IMG/VR virus record: IMGVR_UViG_3300044646_001246 | DNA from: an uncultured virus (IMG/VR IMGVR_UViG_3300044646_001246) | Taxonomy: Duplodnaviria > Heunggongvirae > Uroviricota > Caudoviricetes | Strand: one strand, 5' to 3' | DNA: 20,000 bases | Part shown: positions 16,700 to 20,000 of the stretch, piece after piece | Layout: each line of letters opens with the position of its first letter | Position numbering within the stretch: the first letter of the stretch is position 1 | The notes under the pieces: model-generated | The model's database searches: none | What the model was told of the DNA's origin: nothing | Seen by the model: the letters and a program-made list of their open reading frames with translations, nothing else | Made by a program: the position numbers and the translations under genes

Positions 16700-16791
16700 A
16701 AAAGACTGTGAATGGCCTTGCGGTGGTGCTGAGTTGGGTTTGGGACGCAACAGGCGGGCTGGTTTATTCAGTTTGGAAGCAGTTGCAGTAA
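16696..16791 (+). CDS. 31-aa hydrophobic peptide MKKTVNGLAVVLSWVWDATGGLVYSVWKQLQ (not in ORF track)
   Basis: ATGA overlap with the holin-like stop; open to TAA at 16789-16791; fills the gap to the next gene. Confidence 0.45.
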   Translation: MKKTVNGLAVVLSWVWDATGGLVYSVWKQLQ

Positions 16792-16830
16792 ACGCGGACT
16801 CGTTGATCCGCTGTTGATTTGGAAAACATC

Positions 16831-17226
16831 ATGAGTCGTGACCAGATACTGCCAATCCCCGAAAAAATCTACCTGCAGGTCGCCCTGTCAGGTAATGGGC
16901 AGGCGATCGCGTCTGGTGCAAAAAAAGGCGTAGTTCCTGTCCCAGTTGCGGGCACGATTACAGCGTTCCGGGTGGATTGCGATCCAGCAAATGAGCCATC
17001 AGCAGCGGCGGTACAAGTCGACCTAAACACGATCAATCGAAGCACTGGAACGGCTACAAGCATCCTGAGTTCTGTCGCCTCAATCGCCACAGGGGCCAAC
17101 GTCTCGACGGGTGGTGCAATCAACGGAACGCAGACGGTTACAGCATCTGACATGCTGACGCTGGACATTGACCAAGGCAGCGACGGCAAAGAGCTGATCG
17201 CAACAATCGAACTGACTCCAAGCTGA
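16831..17226 (+). CDS. Putative virion structural protein, paralog-like of 13028-13522
   Basis: VQVDL...TSILSS...SDMLTLDID; start taken as ATG 16831. Confidence 0.55.
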   Translation: MSRDQILPIPEKIYLQVALSGNGQAIASGAKKGVVPVPVAGTITAFRVDCDPANEPSAAAVQVDLNTINRSTGTATSILSSVASIATGANVSTGGAINGTQTVTASDMLTLDIDQGSDGKELIATIELTPS

Positions 17227-17236
17227 GGACACTGAA

Positions 17237-17809
17237 ATGGCTCTGAATACTACAACCGGAATTGATCCTGTCGTTGACCGCTTCGTCATTTGGCGAGCGT
17301 CAACGCAGCAATATACCAACATGAACGCAACATGGCCCCGAACAGACGGCGGTCAGATCGTTGGTGCAAATCCTGATTTCGAATACTACAAGAAGGTCGA
17401 CTCGGCTCAGCCAGACGTTGACCATCGCTACACGATCACGTCGGAATTCGGGAAGACTGCAATCACCCCGACGCCTGCGGTTGGATTACCACAGGGCACT
17501 TACTCTGCTCAGTATTCGCTTGTGAAGCGAGAACTTCCGGAACTGCTGGCACAGATCGAAACCGAGTATCAGCGGCAAGTGCGACTGCAGTTTCCTGAAA
17601 CGGAAAACCCATCGACCATTGTCAACGTGGGCGGAATTCTGATTAAGCAGCAATCCGGGGCTGTGCTGACTGAGACGGAAACGGCAACACTCGCAGCTTT
17701 CGTCGCCGTCCGAGACAGGATCGTGTTGTTGGCCGTGCGACGGCAAGAACTGATTGACGCAGCAACTGCCGATGCAGATTACGACCTAACCGTGTGGCCG
17801 GTGCTGTAG
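17237..17809 (+). CDS. Hypothetical protein (possibly fibre-associated)
   Basis: GAGG RBS; 190-aa ORF among structural genes; ends in ..WP like tail-fibre assembly proteins (weak). Confidence 0.55.
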   Translation: MALNTTTGIDPVVDRFVIWRASTQQYTNMNATWPRTDGGQIVGANPDFEYYKKVDSAQPDVDHRYTITSEFGKTAITPTPAVGLPQGTYSAQYSLVKRELPELLAQIETEYQRQVRLQFPETENPSTIVNVGGILIKQQSGAVLTETETATLAAFVAVRDRIVLLAVRRQELIDAATADADYDLTVWPVL

Positions 17810-18651
17810 TGACTCCCGGCTTCGCAAAGCCACGATCAAAGATGCCGTGGCTACCTTATGGGGAACAAGATCGAGTGATTATCAACGCTCATAATTTTAC
17901 GCCTGCATTTAACCCCGCAGTAAACGGCAAAACGCCAGTCGCTGCATGGGTAGAATCTCGCGATCCGGAGACAACAAGCTCAACGGTCATCACGGATCTC
18001 GTCGGCTCAAACGACGGCACCATGACGAACATGGACCCGGCCACTGATCGAGTTTCGGATACAGGGGCCGGAGGTGTCAGAGCGTTGGATTTCGACGGAT
18101 CGAATGACTACGTAACAGTGCCACACAATTCGGTGCTAAATCCCGGCTTATCAGCGTTTTCCATTTCATGCTGGATCAAACCGCCGAATTCGAACCAGTT
18201 CGGGCCGATCATTCAGAAGCGAAATTCTGACGGAGGAATTGGTCAGGTGTACGCACTAGCTGTCGCTGGTGACGCATTTAATCAGCTTGTGGGGAAAAAA
18301 GTTAGTATGACGCTGCTCTGGAGCGGCGTGTCAATCGTGAGGTCATTTCGAACGGCAGATGATGTGGCTGATGGAAACTGGCATCACGTTGTCGGCATCT
18401 GGACAGGATCGGCAATCCAGATTTGGGTTGATGGTGTAAACAAATCACTTGTTTCAGAGTTTTCTGCGGGAACCCCATCTACTGCGATGAGTCCGAGTGG
18501 AGCTTTTCGGCTTGGCGTCAACACAACATCAAGCGGATCGTATTACACGGGCCGTCAAGATGACGTACGACTGTTTCACGGATATGAGTTGGATTCTACT
18601 GATATCGCTGCGTTATACGCTTCTGGAGCGGGTCGAGGGGTGCAAGCATGA
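17794..18651 (+). CDS. LamG/concanavalin A-like jelly-roll protein (putative receptor/glycan-binding virion protein)
   Basis: ALDFDGSNDYV, FSISCWIK, DGNWHHVVG, IWVDGV and GRQDDVRLF match the Laminin_G_3 pattern. Start uncertain (17794, 17809 or 17842). Confidence 0.8.
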   Translation: MAGAVVTPGFAKPRSKMPWLPYGEQDRVIINAHNFTPAFNPAVNGKTPVAAWVESRDPETTSSTVITDLVGSNDGTMTNMDPATDRVSDTGAGGVRALDFDGSNDYVTVPHNSVLNPGLSAFSISCWIKPPNSNQFGPIIQKRNSDGGIGQVYALAVAGDAFNQLVGKKVSMTLLWSGVSIVRSFRTADDVADGNWHHVVGIWTGSAIQIWVDGVNKSLVSEFSAGTPSTAMSPSGAFRLGVNTTSSGSYYTGRQDDVRLFHGYELDSTDIAALYASGAGRGVQA

Positions 18652-19826
18652 CGACACAGACAGCAGTTCTCGCGGCACCAACCGGCCTTACATTGACAGC
18701 GAAATTGTTCACGCTGGCGGCTCCAGACACGACGGCCTTTACAGCGGATTCTGTCACGGAGCGGACGAACGCCAAAGGGCAGTACGTTGCGTCATTCGGT
18801 GAGGCGTCTGCAATCAGCGGCGATCACACATTGATTCTGTTTTCAGGGACGCGGCCAGTTGCGATCGGATATCGCACATTTGCCGGGACAGATGCGGAGG
18901 TTGCGACGGAAACACCACCAACAGTGGAACTGGACTCCGCTGCTACTGCCGCACTGGTAGACCTGATCTGGGACGAGCCATTAACAGGTGCCACGCATAA
19001 TGTCGCAACGTCATCTGGTAAGCGGCTGCGTCAGTCAACAGCATTTCAGCAAATCGACTCGACTGTCATTGATGCGTCTGCGACCACAACTACGTTCGTC
19101 ACTGGCCTGACTTCAGCCGTCGATGATTTTTATAATGATTCGATGCTCGTCTTCACTGATGGGGCACTGGCCGGTCAGGTTCGTTCGATAGTAGACTATG
19201 TGGGAGCCACAAAGACGATCGTGCTGGAGGAACCTCTGACATCGGCTCCGGTCAACGGAGTGGCGTTTACCATCGTGTCGCTGCATATCCATCCGGTGAG
19301 TCAGATCCAGAGTGGGTTAGCGACGAGTGCTGCATTGGCTGCAGCTAAAACTATTTTAGACAAGGTTGATACCGGATTGGTCGTCGACGGTGCTGTCTAC
19401 CAGTTTACTGCCAATATGCTGGAGCTGGGGCCGAGCGGAGGCGGTGGATCAAGCGTTAATGTATTGCCAGCGACTGGCATTGTTGCAGATCGATCGGCCG
19501 GAGTGACATTAACGCCGGTGGTGGGGGAAACAATTAGCCAGTCGATCACGCTATACCGCATTGATGGTACGACGCCGGTCAGTTTAAGCGGAAAGACATT
19601 GGCCATTGTGTTTGAAACACTGGCTGGCGTTGATGTGGCTACCGTTGCAAGTGGCAATATCACAATCAGTGGTGCAAGTAGTAATGTGGTCACCTTTGCT
19701 TATCCATCAGCAGTTACAGCATCAGAGCGTACATTGCGGTTTGCGATCAGGGATGCAACAGCACCAAGCACCATGTATCTGCAGGGTGTATGTAGCGTGG
19801 TCAGGGCACCACAGGTAGACGCATGA
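18648..19826 (+). CDS. Putative multi-domain virion structural protein
   Basis: ATGA-coupled on both ends; Thr/Ala/Ser/Val-rich; DDFYNDSMLVFTDGALAGQVRSIVDY; GPSGGGGS linker. Confidence 0.6.
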   Translation: MTTQTAVLAAPTGLTLTAKLFTLAAPDTTAFTADSVTERTNAKGQYVASFGEASAISGDHTLILFSGTRPVAIGYRTFAGTDAEVATETPPTVELDSAATAALVDLIWDEPLTGATHNVATSSGKRLRQSTAFQQIDSTVIDASATTTTFVTGLTSAVDDFYNDSMLVFTDGALAGQVRSIVDYVGATKTIVLEEPLTSAPVNGVAFTIVSLHIHPVSQIQSGLATSAALAAAKTILDKVDTGLVVDGAVYQFTANMLELGPSGGGGSSVNVLPATGIVADRSAGVTLTPVVGETISQSITLYRIDGTTPVSLSGKTLAIVFETLAGVDVATVASGNITISGASSNVVTFAYPSAVTASERTLRFAIRDATAPSTMYLQGVCSVVRAPQVDA

Positions 19827-20000
19827 GGTTGCGGCTGTGCCCATGTGGTGCTGTGCTGGAGGCAAGGCACAGAGAGTGCGAACGGTGTGGACGTGGCAAA
19901 CAAAGGGCATCAATCAGCACGACAGAGGCAGGGTATGACGGAGCATGGAAGCGGTTGAGCGTGCGGTTTCGACAGGAGAATCCATTGTGTGAGGAATGCA
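19823..20000 (+). CDS. HNH endonuclease, terminase-associated (gp74-like) type; truncated by window end
   Basis: Manual translation MRLRLCPCG...CERC...GYDGAWKRLSVRFRQENPLCEEC fits the GY..W...R...PLCxxC N-terminus of phage packaging HNH proteins; ATGA overlap. The HNH motif itself lies beyond the window. Confidence 0.7.
   Translation, partial: MRLRLCPCGAVLEARHRECERCGRGKQRASISTTEAGYDGAWKRLSVRFRQENPLCEEC

Larger units (their letters stand above)
1..20000 (+). mobile_element. Tailed phage or prophage genome segment
   Basis: Unidirectional, tightly packed replication, virion-like and HNH genes; no host housekeeping genes. Confidence 0.85.

Noticed and set aside
17794..19826. Diversity-generating retroelement target in LamG or neighbouring genes
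   Set aside because: No reverse transcriptase and no TR/VR repeat pair seen in the window.
58..19913. Minus-strand and alternate-frame ORFs in the track
   Set aside because: They shadow well-supported + strand genes and lack motifs or RBS.

Overview
Phage or prophage segment. All credible genes are on the + strand and many are translationally coupled. The left part (~234-11111) is a replication/recombination operon: Sak4/AAA_24-like ATPase, SSB-like protein, stand-alone DnaQ-like 3'-5' exonuclease, a RecD2-like helicase split into two genes around an unknown ORF, an ERCC4-like nuclease and a 954-aa TOPRIM primase-helicase, ending at a terminator. An AT-rich non-coding region (~11230-11590) with GGAACAG repeats and dyad symmetry follows and is a likely origin. 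The right part holds probable virion accessory genes, a cassette of secreted Pro-rich protein + papain-like (C1) protease + CxxC thioredoxin + holin-like genes, a LamG-like protein, and the start of a terminase-associated-type HNH gene. The best leads are a dnaX-like -1 frameshift site at the end of the ATPase, the split RecD2, and a possible protease/reductase envelope-lysis cassette. All calls come from motif recognition by eye; no searches were run. A Planctomycetota host is only an inference.
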